Origin: Devosia sp.
GTDB taxonomy: Bacteria; Pseudomonadota; Alphaproteobacteria; Rhizobiales; Devosiaceae
Length of the DNA: 64,000 bases
Direction of reading: 5' to 3'
Assembly: GCA_044224395.1 (NCBI GenBank)
Contig: JBGAKM010000014.1
Coordinates: 3,095 to 67,094, forward strand
Shown here: positions 19,854 to 30,502 of the stretch, in pieces
Numbering within the stretch: position 1 is the stretch's first letter
How the letters are laid out: every line of letters starts with the position of its first letter
Made by a program: the position numbers and the translations under genes
The notes under the pieces: model-generated
What the model was told of the DNA's origin: nothing
Seen by the model: the letters and a program-made list of their open reading frames with translations, nothing else
Databases searched by the model: none

Positions 19854-21043
19854 TGGATGCGATGACGCCCTCGACCGTCGTTATGTTCTCGACGGCCGAC
19901 TGGAATGCGCCCTACTGGACGAACAAACAGCACATCGCATCGCGGCTCGCCAAGCGTGGTACGAAGCTCCTCTATGTCGAGTCGCTGGGTATTCGCCGTC
20001 CGGGCGTCAACAGTCGCGATCTGGCGCGAATGGCGCGCCGGATCCGCAAGGCGCTCGATGGTCCGAAGCAGGTCGGCGAGAATCTTTGGGTGTACTCGCC
20101 CCTCACGATCCCCTTTGGGCATCGCCACGGGTTCGTCCGGTCGCTTAATGCCCGCCTGCTCTCGCGGACAATTAACGGCTGGCTTAAGGCGAACGCGGGC
20201 GACGATCCAGTCGTGTGGACGTACCATCCCTACGTTCTCGATACGCTCGCGCAGGTCAAAGCGGACAAGCTTGTCTACCATTGCGTCGACGATGTTGCCG
20301 TCGTTCCAGGCGTCGATGGGAGGGCTTACGCGGTTGCGGAACGTGAGTTGCTTCGAAAAGCCGATGTCGTTTTCACAACCAGCCTGCCCTTACAGCGACA
20401 CTGTTCTGAAATCGCTGGAGCTCGCTCGGTCTACGAACGCAATGTCGCCGACATAGAACATTTCGCCTCAGCACGGAGGGCAGCGCCGGCGCCGGTCGAC
20501 ATCTCGCGCATCCCTCATCCGCGCATTGTCTATACCGGCGTTCTATCTGACTTCAAGCTCGATGTCAGTTTGATCGAGGAGATCGCGACTATTCGGAAGG
20601 ACTGGCATTGGGTGCTCATCGGCGACGAGCCGGAGGGGCACTCAAGTCCTGTTATTGCAAGGCTGCGACAGCTTCCTAACGTGCATCTTCTGGGTTATCG
20701 GCCCTACGCCAGTTTACCGAGATACCTGGCCGCAGCCGATATCGCGGTACTGCCAAATCTTGTCGATGGACACGCTGCCGGCGTCTTCCCAATGAAGCTT
20801 TATGAATACCTTGCAGCGGGCCCGCCGGTGCTGGCGACGCCGATGCCGTCGCTGGAGGAGATGCGAGAGGTCATTGCGATCGCCGATCGGCACGATTGGG
20901 TCGAAGGGATCGACCGAATTCTGGCTGATCCACCCGGAAGCCTGTCGCTCGACGATCCAAGACTGCGAAACTTCAGCTGGGAAGCCCGCATGGACCGGAT
21001 GCTCAAGCGGCTGGCGTTGGCGCGAGCGGTGGAAGTGACCTGA
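19853..21043 (+). CDS. Glycosyltransferase (GT-B fold, TuaH-like)
   Basis: STADWNAPYWTNKQH, VYHCVDD, PNVHLLG, FPMKLYEYLAAG. Confidence 0.88.
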   Translation: MDAMTPSTVVMFSTADWNAPYWTNKQHIASRLAKRGTKLLYVESLGIRRPGVNSRDLARMARRIRKALDGPKQVGENLWVYSPLTIPFGHRHGFVRSLNARLLSRTINGWLKANAGDDPVVWTYHPYVLDTLAQVKADKLVYHCVDDVAVVPGVDGRAYAVAERELLRKADVVFTTSLPLQRHCSEIAGARSVYERNVADIEHFASARRAAPAPVDISRIPHPRIVYTGVLSDFKLDVSLIEEIATIRKDWHWVLIGDEPEGHSSPVIARLRQLPNVHLLGYRPYASLPRYLAAADIAVLPNLVDGHAAGVFPMKLYEYLAAGPPVLATPMPSLEEMREVIAIADRHDWVEGIDRILADPPGSLSLDDPRLRNFSWEARMDRMLKRLALARAVEVT

Positions 21044-21053
21044 CTCAACTGGT

Positions 21054-22049
21054 ATGCTTGGAGTGGCAATTACACAGGTGCATGCAGTGCGAATTCTGCT
21101 TACCACATTTCATCAGGCGTTCCTCACCCATGGCGGCGGTGAAACAGAGCTCCGCCAGCTTGTCGATTTCATCGACGATCTGGGCCTAAGAGCCGATCTC
21201 TATGGCCCGACGTCGCGTCCCCTGAAGTTTTACGATGCCGTCATTCACTTCTCCGCGCACGGTGGAGGGGAGCAGTTGCTGGGCGAGATCAAGGCTTCAG
21301 GTATTCCGATTGTCCTCATCCCCAACTTCAATTTCTTCGACGTCAATCACGCCGCGCGCGACGTGGTCCAAAGGCACCTCGATCTCGCGGACCGAGTGAT
21401 CATTCGGACCAATGCCGAGCGCGACCTGTGTCTGCGGAATTTCAGCGTCGATCCGGCGCGGGTCGTGGTCGTCCCGGCGGGCATCTCCGACAGGTACGCC
21501 AAGCCCGTCGAGGACAACCTCTTTCGCTCGGCATACGCGCTTGAGCGCTTCATTCTGTCGGTGGGGCAGATCGAGACGGGCAAGCAGCAGCTGCGCATTA
21601 TCGAGGCATTGTCGACGCATGAGCTACCGCTCGTCTTCATCGGCGGTCATAGCGACAAAGCCTACTTCGAGCAGTGCCGGCGCACGGCCAACGACAGGGC
21701 CCGGTTTCTTCCCTACCTGCAGCCCGGATCGGACATTCTGCGCTCGGCACTGCAGAGCTGTGATGCCTACATCGAGCTGGGACAGGACTATCCTGGTTTT
21801 TCCGCACTCGAGGCTGCGCTTGCGGGGCGCCCACTCGTGCTCAACGATCACCCTTGGTCGCGCGAGGTCCTGGGGGATGCGCCTTACTATGTGGGCGACG
21901 ACCGGCCCGAGACAGTACGGGCAGCGATGCAGAACGCCCTTCAATCCAAGGATCAAGGTGCGACCGTCGAGAGGGTCCGCGCCCGCCACGTGCAGCCGGG
22001 GCCGACGCGGCAACTGCTCGAGGTGGTAGAGGGGCTTGTGGCGGGCTAG
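21054..22049 (+). CDS. GT4 glycosyltransferase, related to 14788-15798
   Basis: QAFLTHGGGETEL, VGQIETGKQQ, DYPGFSALEAALAG. Start may be slightly downstream. Confidence 0.8.
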   Translation: MLGVAITQVHAVRILLTTFHQAFLTHGGGETELRQLVDFIDDLGLRADLYGPTSRPLKFYDAVIHFSAHGGGEQLLGEIKASGIPIVLIPNFNFFDVNHAARDVVQRHLDLADRVIIRTNAERDLCLRNFSVDPARVVVVPAGISDRYAKPVEDNLFRSAYALERFILSVGQIETGKQQLRIIEALSTHELPLVFIGGHSDKAYFEQCRRTANDRARFLPYLQPGSDILRSALQSCDAYIELGQDYPGFSALEAALAGRPLVLNDHPWSREVLGDAPYYVGDDRPETVRAAMQNALQSKDQGATVERVRARHVQPGPTRQLLEVVEGLVAG

Positions 22050-22083
22050 AATGGGCGCAATCTGCACCGCTGCGGATTTATGA

Positions 22084-24666
22084 CTACCGAGTGTATTCTG
22101 CTACGTGCGTTGTGGCGTAAGTGAGACCTGCTTTGCTCGAGGCGAAGGAGATCATTCGCTCAATGGCGTGCATGATGGTTCCATCGATCGGTATCGGCTC
22201 GGGTGGGAAATCGTCCCACGTCCAGCCGAGATCCCAAAGCGGCCGAAGTGCTGCCGGTCGTGCCCAGAACATTGTTCCAATCGGAAAGTCAAAATGGACG
22301 GGCAAAGGCTGATCGATCTTCATGCGATAAGCAAGTTCCTTGGCGATTTCTAGGTTCTTGTCCCAGCCATTTAGGTGTGGATCCTCAGGGAAGACCAACC
22401 CAAGTTCTGGCGCTTGTTCGAAGGCATCTACAACAAGATCCAGAATGGGGTGCGCGCCGCCCAAGATATGCTGCCAGGCGAAGTTGCGCCATTGATCAGC
22501 GACATCTTCACTGACATGGCGGCTGCGCTTGCCATGCACGTGGCCTACGATGTCGTACTCCTTATCAAGCTGCCCAGGCAGATCGACAAGTAGGGGGGCG
22601 ATGTCTCGGCCCCGATTTGGAACACTCCATACCTTCGCATCTTTGTATCGGGTCGCCGAGAGGATCTCCCGTATCTCGGCTTCTTGGGCTGGTCCCGATG
22701 TGGTAAGGTAAAGATCTACAGGCGTCGCATTCACACCGATATGCTTGACAAAGTCGCCAACCAAATCGGGGTAGAAAAAGTGTCCATGTAGCGCGACTTT
22801 GGCCCGACCTGGTTTGGCCGCTCGCGCGGTAGGACGGATAACCTGATGAAACCAGCGGCCGCTCGGTTTGCCCGCGCTGATGAAGTGAGCGAGCGGGTCA
22901 ATCAGCAAGTCCTCGATTTCAGGGTTCTCGGTTCCATAGATGAGAGGATTGAACCCCGGCATCGGCCGTCGAATGAATAGTCCTGCCTCGCGTTGACTAA
23001 GCGGTCGCGCAAGGCGTGTGTTGTTCAGATACTCGGTAAGCCCGCCGACAGGGTCCTTCTGCATTGCCTTCTGGCCGAAGTAGAGCTGGGGCTCAAAGAC
23101 GTTAGCGTCCTTGATGACTGCTAAGTCTTCAGGCAAGCGAGCTCGCTCATTGACCGCGGCGATCCCCAGTCGGTCGATCTGGTGTACATAGTCGTCGGTG
23201 TCGAAGATCGCGGCACTCAGCGCGGCGGCTGCCAGACCCAGGGATTCGCGTCTCTCGTGATCGTCGGATAAACTAGCCAGCAGACGCGCCGCCGCCTGTA
23301 TATCAAAATACGGGACCACGAGATCGCTTGTCGCGTCGTTATTCTCCAGGACCTCTCCGATGCCTCCTGTTTCGCTGAAGCATACAACGGGGATTCCCAA
23401 ATCCATCGCATCGACCGCAACATTCGGCAGCGGATCAAGTCGTGACGACAGAAAAAAGACGTCCGCCGCTTCATATGCTGGAGCCACATCGGCCAGTTCG
23501 CCGAGAAACTCGAAATTGTCCGAGAGCCCGGACTTGACCACCTGCTCTTCCATGTGGGCTTTATAGCGCCATTCTTGGGGGATATTCTCGCCTGCCCAGA
23601 CGAACCTGAAGTCACGGCGTCCAAGATCCCGCATCATGGCGGCGGCCGTTGCGATGAAGAGGTCGACACCCTTTCGATAGGTGATCGTCCCCATACCTAG
23701 GACGGTAAAGACTTTGTCGCTCTTGAGCGAGGGCGATGAAGCCTGCGTGGCGGCGGCAGGCAGACTGAACGAGCCATGCAGCAGTGTATGGAAGTTCCGC
23801 GCCCTAAGGTAGTCGTAGCGGCCTTTCGCATCCATCGCGACAATGTCCGCGGGGAAGACGATCTTCGAAACCCTCGCGAATAGAGGGTTCAAGGTACTTC
23901 TGGGAGAAAAATCTGCAGCGAACTCGTGAATGAGTGCAACCACTGGAACGTTGCTTTCCTCCAGCGCCACAGCCAAATGCCGCGTCACTAGGGTATTCGC
24001 GATTGCATAGTATGGAGAATATGCTCGCACGAGCGATTGTGCCACGATGCGGCTCTCGTCGCTAAAGGCATCGAGTCCGATTTCAAGCCTGACGACGGCG
24101 TCACACGCGTCGTCAAATGCTGCTTGCAGAGGGCCTCCCTTCAGCAAGACAGCGACGACGTTGTAGGTCGCCCTTAACTTCTGGATGACGTTCCACGCTA
24201 GTATGGGTGCACCCGTTCGAGACGCATCGTGCACTAGAAACAGGATCGTTCGCCGGTCGGGATCAATTCCCTCCACGGGACACTTGATGTCAATCGTTGG
24301 TGCCACGGGAATTCGTCCCTCTTCCATGCCGAATAGTACGTAATGGCGGAGAAGCCCTACACCCGATTTGGCAACGTCGGGATATCTTTCTGCATAGTAT
24401 CTTGGATTGAAGCGCGATGAAGGAGGAGTGCCGCTGGCCTCGCCTACCGTCAGGTAGTGCTCAAAGGGCGAGAGGCCTGCCTCTCGCGCTGCTTTGCTAT
24501 GTGCATAAAAAGCCTCGTCAAAGTACATGGCGAGGTTCGAGTCGCCGATACTCCGCTCTCGGGGTGTCCGGCCGTCTTGTGACCCTGTATTTTCATCAGC
24601 AGTTTCTGATGATGCTTGATCTTTTGGCACAACAGAAGCAATCCACTTAAGTATAGCGGCGATCAT
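22084..24666 (-). CDS. Multidomain GT: N-terminal repeats + GT4 + rhamnan synthesis F (RgpF) domain
   Basis: HDASRTGAP, RKGVDLF, SRLDPLPNV (GT4); HFFYPDL, NRGRDIAP, HGKRS, FPIGTMFWAR, DGTIMHAIER (RgpF); YPDV..HY..G..EGR repeats. Confidence 0.85.
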   Translation of the reverse strand: MIAAILKWIASVVPKDQASSETADENTGSQDGRTPRERSIGDSNLAMYFDEAFYAHSKAAREAGLSPFEHYLTVGEASGTPPSSRFNPRYYAERYPDVAKSGVGLLRHYVLFGMEEGRIPVAPTIDIKCPVEGIDPDRRTILFLVHDASRTGAPILAWNVIQKLRATYNVVAVLLKGGPLQAAFDDACDAVVRLEIGLDAFSDESRIVAQSLVRAYSPYYAIANTLVTRHLAVALEESNVPVVALIHEFAADFSPRSTLNPLFARVSKIVFPADIVAMDAKGRYDYLRARNFHTLLHGSFSLPAAATQASSPSLKSDKVFTVLGMGTITYRKGVDLFIATAAAMMRDLGRRDFRFVWAGENIPQEWRYKAHMEEQVVKSGLSDNFEFLGELADVAPAYEAADVFFLSSRLDPLPNVAVDAMDLGIPVVCFSETGGIGEVLENNDATSDLVVPYFDIQAAARLLASLSDDHERRESLGLAAAALSAAIFDTDDYVHQIDRLGIAAVNERARLPEDLAVIKDANVFEPQLYFGQKAMQKDPVGGLTEYLNNTRLARPLSQREAGLFIRRPMPGFNPLIYGTENPEIEDLLIDPLAHFISAGKPSGRWFHQVIRPTARAAKPGRAKVALHGHFFYPDLVGDFVKHIGVNATPVDLYLTTSGPAQEAEIREILSATRYKDAKVWSVPNRGRDIAPLLVDLPGQLDKEYDIVGHVHGKRSRHVSEDVADQWRNFAWQHILGGAHPILDLVVDAFEQAPELGLVFPEDPHLNGWDKNLEIAKELAYRMKIDQPLPVHFDFPIGTMFWARPAALRPLWDLGWTWDDFPPEPIPIDGTIMHAIERMISFASSKAGLTYATTHVAEYTR

Positions 24667-24863
24667 ATCGGCCTTGATCTAAACCAAATCGACGTTGCCA
24701 TACTGTCGCAAGATAGACGTGAAGGCCAGCGGAAGTTGTGCGAGCCGGCTCGGCTTTGCTCGGGGTGATCCCCTGGCGGGGGCGCGCCTGCCTGCTGGCG
24801 TCGGTTTCGCTTGCGCCGAGCACAGGGTGCCGATATGCGCCACCGTCGGCGTGGAGTTATCGG

Positions 24864-25769
24864 ATGGCCCCGAACGTTAGGGTTTATGAGCCGCTCTACG
24901 CGGCCGGTCAGGAACTGACCGAGCCGGCTTTCGAGCCGCTTAAACTCGAAACGAATCTGGGACTTGAGTGGCGAGAGCTTGGCATTCTCGTGCACATGTA
25001 CCGACTTGGCCTGCATCGCCAACAGCGGCTGACCGGCCTCTGCTCGCCGAAGTTTCGGACCAAAACTCGGACCGAGGGCTCGCGCTTTGTCGATTTTGCC
25101 GAACAGAACTCGGCTGCCGACGTCGTATTCGTGAACCCAAGTCCTCAGCATGTTTATCTTTCGTTCAACTGCTGGACGGCCGGTGACTTCTCGCATCCCG
25201 GCCTCGTTGCTCGATCTCAGGCTCTGCTGGACGCGGTCGGTGTGCCTTGGCGGCTCAGCGAGCAGCCGTACTACGGGTCTGACATTACCTGCTATTGCAA
25301 CTACTGGGTCGCATCAGAAGCATTCTGGGAGCGCTATGTCGGCGGAGTGCTGCTTCCGATTGCCGATCATGTGGAACGCTTCGATGACAGTGAGGCGGTT
25401 CAGGCGATCCTCAGCCGTGCTCCGCACATATCGCCTGCGCCGTTCCTGGCTTTCACCGTCGAGCGGCTGTTTTCGACGATGCTGCGGGAGAATCCGAAGT
25501 ATCGCGCGGTGCCTATGCTTCTGGATCCCGAAGAGCTCTGCCTAACGCGCTTCGAACTCGAACTGCTACGATACGCGCGCCCGCGCGTAGAAGCGGCCAT
25601 CCGCAACGGTTTCGACGAAGAAACCAAAGGGCTTCTGCAGTTCACGACAGAAGCGCGCTTGCGATTCATCTTGGAGTACTTTCAGCATCACGATCATCCA
25701 TACTCGGGAGTTCCCACGAATGTGGCGATCTACCGCGAGTTTGGTCATCAGGCACTTGAGCCAGCTTGA
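24864..25769 (+). CDS. Uncharacterised protein, paralogue 5 of six
   Basis: MAPNVRVYEPLY, WRE, GLCSPKF, HPG, NYW, FWERYVGG, PFLAFTVERLF; GGAG RBS. Confidence 0.85.
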   Translation: MAPNVRVYEPLYAAGQELTEPAFEPLKLETNLGLEWRELGILVHMYRLGLHRQQRLTGLCSPKFRTKTRTEGSRFVDFAEQNSAADVVFVNPSPQHVYLSFNCWTAGDFSHPGLVARSQALLDAVGVPWRLSEQPYYGSDITCYCNYWVASEAFWERYVGGVLLPIADHVERFDDSEAVQAILSRAPHISPAPFLAFTVERLFSTMLRENPKYRAVPMLLDPEELCLTRFELELLRYARPRVEAAIRNGFDEETKGLLQFTTEARLRFILEYFQHHDHPYSGVPTNVAIYREFGHQALEPA

Positions 25770-25866
25770 GCCACCTTTCGTGAGAGGCCTCTCGATCCGC
25801 TCATCCGTGCTGGTATGCCAAAAAGATCACACATATATCCGAGGCCGTTCCATCTGAACCGAGGGC

Positions 25867-28800
25867 ATGCGAGAATCCCCTTTGAGCGCGCATACCAAAC
25901 AACTATCTGAAAGACCGGAAAAGTTGGAAGGCCTGGACCACAAGCTGGCGGAACCCTATCGCCACAACGACACATATGACTATGACGTGCCCAAGGCGCT
26001 CATCGCCATATGGCTCACATGTGGACCATCGTTCCAGCTGGAGTTTGATCTCGATGACGATGATGGTTTGGATTCCCTAATCTACTGGTGGTTTCGCATT
26101 GGGCGCGCTGATTTCCCTGGCCTTCGCGCGACCGTAGACCGGACGCTTATCGAGTCTCTCCACCTCGTTCCCCTTGCTGATCATGCCGACCGTCCCGGTA
26201 ACGCGACCCTGACGCCGTTTCTTCAGCTGTTGCTGCGGCATCGACCGGACCTGACCGAGATTTATGACACGCAGATTCAGTCGGGGGTAGATTCGGTCTG
26301 GTACTGGTGGCTGGTGCACGGACAAGAAGAGTATCTGTCCAGTCCAGAGTGGCTGGTCCGGCGACAGCTTGAGCTGATGCATAGCTCGACCGCCAGCGCT
26401 CGCGATCTCAAGAACGGCGTTCCGACGACACTGCTGCTACGGGTAATCTGGGGGCAGGATCCGCGACTGAGTGCGAGTGTCTCGCTCGACACCTCAGAAG
26501 GGCGAGCCGCGATGTGGGATCTTTTCCTTCAGCAGAAGGTAAAGCTGCTGAGGCTTCCGACGGGTATTCCGGCACTCAGGCTGGCGGAGGACGATGGTCT
26601 ATTTATTAGTGCGCCGGTGCTGCTGACCTATGCGCGTCGTCCAGACCTTCAAGCGGCTTTCGATCTCGAAACTCCCGATGGCCGGGAAGCTCTCCTGCAC
26701 TGGTGGCTCCAGAACGGCGTTGCCGTCGACCCTGCCAATGCTCGGAATGCGAATGTCGACATCGTGCGAGAATTGCACGAAGACGTGCTGACGCAGGTTC
26801 CAGATCGTGGAGCGGTCGTCGTGACGCCCTTGCTCGCCGTGATCTGGCGTCAGCGAGCGGATCTTCGTTCTACATTCAACCTGGAAACTTCCGAAGGTCG
26901 AGACGGTTTGATGTATTGGTGGCTGAATGAAGGGCAGGGCCTTTATTCAGATGTTTCGTCGCTCGTTACGCAGGCCCTGGTTCGACAGTTGCATGAAGAA
27001 CATCTCGGCGAAGCTCAGCAGCAGCCACACGGGTATGCGATCACGCCACTCATGGCCCTGATCTGGCGTCAACGCGGCGATCTGCGTGCGGCTCTTGACC
27101 TTAATACGCCCGAGGGTAGAGACGGGCTCCTGTACTGGTGGCTGAGCGATGGGCAGGGATTGCATCCAGACGTCTCGCTGCTGGCTACACGAAATCTTGT
27201 GCGGCAACTGCATGATACGCCGCTAATTGAAGCGACAGGGGGTCAGAGCGTTGCCATCACGCCGCTGCTCGCCTTGCTCTGGCGTCGCCGTCCGGACCTC
27301 CACTCGGTGTTCGATCTCGAGAGGCAAGAGGGAAGGGACGGTCTGGTCCACTGGTGGCTGAGTGAAGGGCAGGGTCTTCGGCCTGAGGTCTCCACGCTCG
27401 TCACGCAAGCTCTCATAAGGCAGCTGCACGACGAGCCGTTGGGCGACGTGAGAGTGGGCGAGGGCCTTCTCGTCACGCCGCTACTGGCCCTGCTCTGGCG
27501 CCAGCGATCTGACCTAAACTCCGCCCTTGACCTCGGGACATCCGAAGGCAGAGATGGCCTTGTCTACTGGTGGTTGAGTGAGGGACAGAAACTCTACCCA
27601 GCCTTGGCGCCTGCGGCCCGACGCCTGGTTGAAGTCTATCACGTCGCCGATTTGGCCCGGATGGCGGAGGTCGACCGTATCGAACCAACGCGTCTGCTGG
27701 GGGTGCTATGCCGCTCTCGACCCGACCTGCGATCACTTGACCTTGTGGAACGTGACGGCGTTGATCGTCTGTGGTGGTGGTGGCTCGCGAGCGGTCAGGA
27801 CCACTACCTGGACAGTCCCGCTTGGCTGGTCGATGAGCAAGTCCGCTGGCTGCATCGATGCGATGGACGTGAGTTCGCGCGTACCTGGAGCTTGCCTGAG
27901 ACGCTGCTGATGCGCCTCGTGAGGCGCGTCGTTACCGGCGGCGCGGGCGATACCGATTCCAACCCCGAGCTCGCGTGGCCACTCCTTGCCAGTCGGGCGG
28001 ATGCGCTTGGTTTGCCAGCCTACGGGCAGCCCTACTTCGAGGCAAATGTAGCGGACGGCGACTGGCCAGAGTCGGTGGGAAGCCTGGGTAGGGCGTTCCC
28101 CAATTTCCTCGCCTTTGCTTACGTCACGCGGGCCGATCTCAGAGCCACTTTCCCGAGCCGTCCGGCGTCCGTGATCCCGCTGATGAGCTGGTTTCTGCGA
28201 ACCGGAATCGCGGACTATCCCGCGCTTCTCTCTCGAGTCGGCGCAAACGTCGAGGCGACTCTTCGCAAGCCGATGTCCCCGGAGTACGAGGGCTTCCTGC
28301 CGACTGAGGCGGCGTGGCTCTTCGAATTGTCCAGAGCGAACCGAGACGCGGACGTCGATGGCCACACCCACGCCGCTGTGTGGTGGGCCTCATTGGGGAA
28401 GAAAAAGTATGGTTTCTCCTTCGCCCAGGACGATTCACCGGGCGAGGCAGCGCCAAGCTGTCCAGCGGCTGCAAGGCCAATTCCGGCACGCGGCTCAGTG
28501 GCTCTTTTCGGCTATCCGCACGGCGAATTCGGGCTCGGAGAGGATATTCGGCTCTTGCGGTCTTCCCTCGAACTCGCGGGCATCAGAGCGACGGTGGTTC
28601 GTGCCCCGTGGCAGATCATCGCTCGCCAACGGGCCGAAGAGTCATCGGTTGCAGCGGATCTCGCCGAGTTCAACCCTGAAACCATGTTCTATGTCATGCC
28701 GGCGTTCGATACGACCACGCTGCTGACCAAGATGGGCCCCGAGGCGTTCGTCGCGCGCCGGCGCATCGGTTTCTGGCAATGGGAACTTGAGCACTTTCCC

Positions 28801-29604
28801 GAGCCGGCCAAGCTCGCGTTCGATCTTGTCGATGAAATCTGGTGCCACTCGGAGCACTCGGCGGCCGCGTTTAGAGCGGCGACGGACAAACCGGTGATCA
28901 AGGTGCCGCTTCCGGTGACCGTCCCTGACGTAGAGGCGGCCGACCGCGCTGACTTTGGCCTTCCGAAAGAAGGTTTCGTCGTCTTCACCAGCTTCGACGG
29001 CGCGTCCTCAATTTCGCGGAAGAACCCGCTCGGGTCGATCCGGGCCTTCCAGCTGGCCTTTCCACGGGAGACGTCGCCAGATGCACGCCTGATGGTGAAG
29101 GCGATGAACACCATCAACGACGCACTTTGGCGCGAGTGCAAGCGGATTGCGCAGCTCGACAGGCGCATCGTGATCATCGATGACGTGCTCGATCGCACGC
29201 GCTACTACGAGCTGCTGAAAGCCTGCGACGCCGTGATCTCGCTACACCGCGCGGAGGGCTTCGGCCGCCTGATGGCCGAGGCGATGGCTCTGGGGATTCC
29301 GGTCATCGCGACGGCCTATTCCGGCAACCTAGACTTCATGACGGAGGAGAACAGCTGGCTGGTGGGAGGCCAGATGGTCGATGTACTACCGGGAGACTAC
29401 CCGTTCCACCAAGGCCAGCACTGGATGGACCCGGACGTGCAGGAGGCAGCGGAGGCACTCAGGGAATGCGCGAGGGATGTGCATTTGCGTCAGACTAAGA
29501 TGACTGAGGCGCTGGAGAGCGTAGACTTCTATAACCCGTTGAAATGCGGACTAGTCTTCCAGAGACTTCTTTTGGACTCTGGTAGAATAATCTCGGATAG
29601 ATGA
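25867..29604 (+). CDS. Large protein: tandem Trp-rich helical repeats + C-terminal GT4 domain
   Basis: Repeats of TPLL..W..RxDL...DL.T.EGRDGL.YWWL.EG; C-terminal GEFGLGE, WQWEL, DEIW, SRKNP, SLHRAEGFGRLMAEAM, YSGNLDFM. Confidence 0.85.
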   Translation: MRESPLSAHTKQLSERPEKLEGLDHKLAEPYRHNDTYDYDVPKALIAIWLTCGPSFQLEFDLDDDDGLDSLIYWWFRIGRADFPGLRATVDRTLIESLHLVPLADHADRPGNATLTPFLQLLLRHRPDLTEIYDTQIQSGVDSVWYWWLVHGQEEYLSSPEWLVRRQLELMHSSTASARDLKNGVPTTLLLRVIWGQDPRLSASVSLDTSEGRAAMWDLFLQQKVKLLRLPTGIPALRLAEDDGLFISAPVLLTYARRPDLQAAFDLETPDGREALLHWWLQNGVAVDPANARNANVDIVRELHEDVLTQVPDRGAVVVTPLLAVIWRQRADLRSTFNLETSEGRDGLMYWWLNEGQGLYSDVSSLVTQALVRQLHEEHLGEAQQQPHGYAITPLMALIWRQRGDLRAALDLNTPEGRDGLLYWWLSDGQGLHPDVSLLATRNLVRQLHDTPLIEATGGQSVAITPLLALLWRRRPDLHSVFDLERQEGRDGLVHWWLSEGQGLRPEVSTLVTQALIRQLHDEPLGDVRVGEGLLVTPLLALLWRQRSDLNSALDLGTSEGRDGLVYWWLSEGQKLYPALAPAARRLVEVYHVADLARMAEVDRIEPTRLLGVLCRSRPDLRSLDLVERDGVDRLWWWWLASGQDHYLDSPAWLVDEQVRWLHRCDGREFARTWSLPETLLMRLVRRVVTGGAGDTDSNPELAWPLLASRADALGLPAYGQPYFEANVADGDWPESVGSLGRAFPNFLAFAYVTRADLRATFPSRPASVIPLMSWFLRTGIADYPALLSRVGANVEATLRKPMSPEYEGFLPTEAAWLFELSRANRDADVDGHTHAAVWWASLGKKKYGFSFAQDDSPGEAAPSCPAAARPIPARGSVALFGYPHGEFGLGEDIRLLRSSLELAGIRATVVRAPWQIIARQRAEESSVAADLAEFNPETMFYVMPAFDTTTLLTKMGPEAFVARRRIGFWQWELEHFPEPAKLAFDLVDEIWCHSEHSAAAFRAATDKPVIKVPLPVTVPDVEAADRADFGLPKEGFVVFTSFDGASSISRKNPLGSIRAFQLAFPRETSPDARLMVKAMNTINDALWRECKRIAQLDRRIVIIDDVLDRTRYYELLKACDAVISLHRAEGFGRLMAEAMALGIPVIATAYSGNLDFMTEENSWLVGGQMVDVLPGDYPFHQGQHWMDPDVQEAAEALRECARDVHLRQTKMTEALESVDFYNPLKCGLVFQRLLLDSGRIISDR
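26821..27600 (+). repeat. Four best-conserved intragenic repeats, period 216-219 nt (72-73 aa)
   Basis: Unit starts ACGCC near 26824, 27043, 27259 and 27475, each followed by GACGG/GATGG...TGGTGG. Confidence 0.85.
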
Positions 29605-29703
29605 ACTAATCATTGGTCTTGACTATGGTAATTTACTTCTCACTCATTGTGTGCATTAGTTATTCGTCTATGGCTTGTTTTTTGCAATTTATTTGGGGGT
29701 TTC

Positions 29704-30459
29704 GTGCAAAAAGAAGAAGTAATTTCAAGCAGGGATGTGGTCTCGATTCATTCGGACGACTTCATATTCAAGTTTCTTCTCAACCATTTTTGCGGCGATG
29801 AGCAGCAGGCAAGGAGTTATTATTTTGAAGATGGCAGGCACTCGGCTGATGTCCTTAGGCGGTTGATAGGAGGCGATACGGCTGTAGGCAACCGCGAAGA
29901 TTTTAGCCTCCTTGAGTTTGCGTCCGGCTACGGATGCGTAAGTCGCCACCTGCCCGCAGTATTTCCCAGGGCGCGGATACTGGCCTGCGACATTCACCAG
30001 GCGGCGGTCGATTTCACTGCGAAGGAACTGGGTATTGATGCCGTGCTCTCAAAGTCTGCGCCTCTCGAGCTGAATATTGGCGAGGAGTTTGATGTCGTGT
30101 TTGCCTTGTCGTTCTTCTCTCACATGCCGGATCGCACCTTTGGCCTGTGGCTTCATTCGTTGTTCAGACATGTCAAACCGGGTGGAAGCCTGATCTTCAC
30201 GGCTCACGGAGAGCGCAGTCGTACGATCATGGCCGGCGACTCGTTTGAGTTCTCTGAGGGGGGGTTCTGGTTCCAGTCAGCAAGCGAACAGGGCGATCTA
30301 GACGGGGAGGACTACGGGACAGCCATGAGCACGACACAGTATGTATCGAGACTGGTCTACCGGCTTCTAAGAGCCCCGATTGCCCTTGTTATCACAGGAC
30401 TCTGGTGGGGGCATCAAGACCTCTATATCGTCGCCAAACCCTCAGCCTTAGGCGCATAG
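29704..30459 (+). CDS. Class I SAM-dependent methyltransferase
   Basis: LLEFASGYGCVSR, ACDI, FDVVFALSFFSHMP, KPGGSLIFTAHG, HQDLY. Start uncertain. Confidence 0.88.
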   Translation: MQKEEVISSRDVVSIHSDDFIFKFLLNHFCGDEQQARSYYFEDGRHSADVLRRLIGGDTAVGNREDFSLLEFASGYGCVSRHLPAVFPRARILACDIHQAAVDFTAKELGIDAVLSKSAPLELNIGEEFDVVFALSFFSHMPDRTFGLWLHSLFRHVKPGGSLIFTAHGERSRTIMAGDSFEFSEGGFWFQSASEQGDLDGEDYGTAMSTTQYVSRLVYRLLRAPIALVITGLWWGHQDLYIVAKPSALGA

Positions 30460-30502
30460 ACATTTCCTTCGTTGGCAGCGCCTGGCGCGCTTGGATGGCT
30501 AG

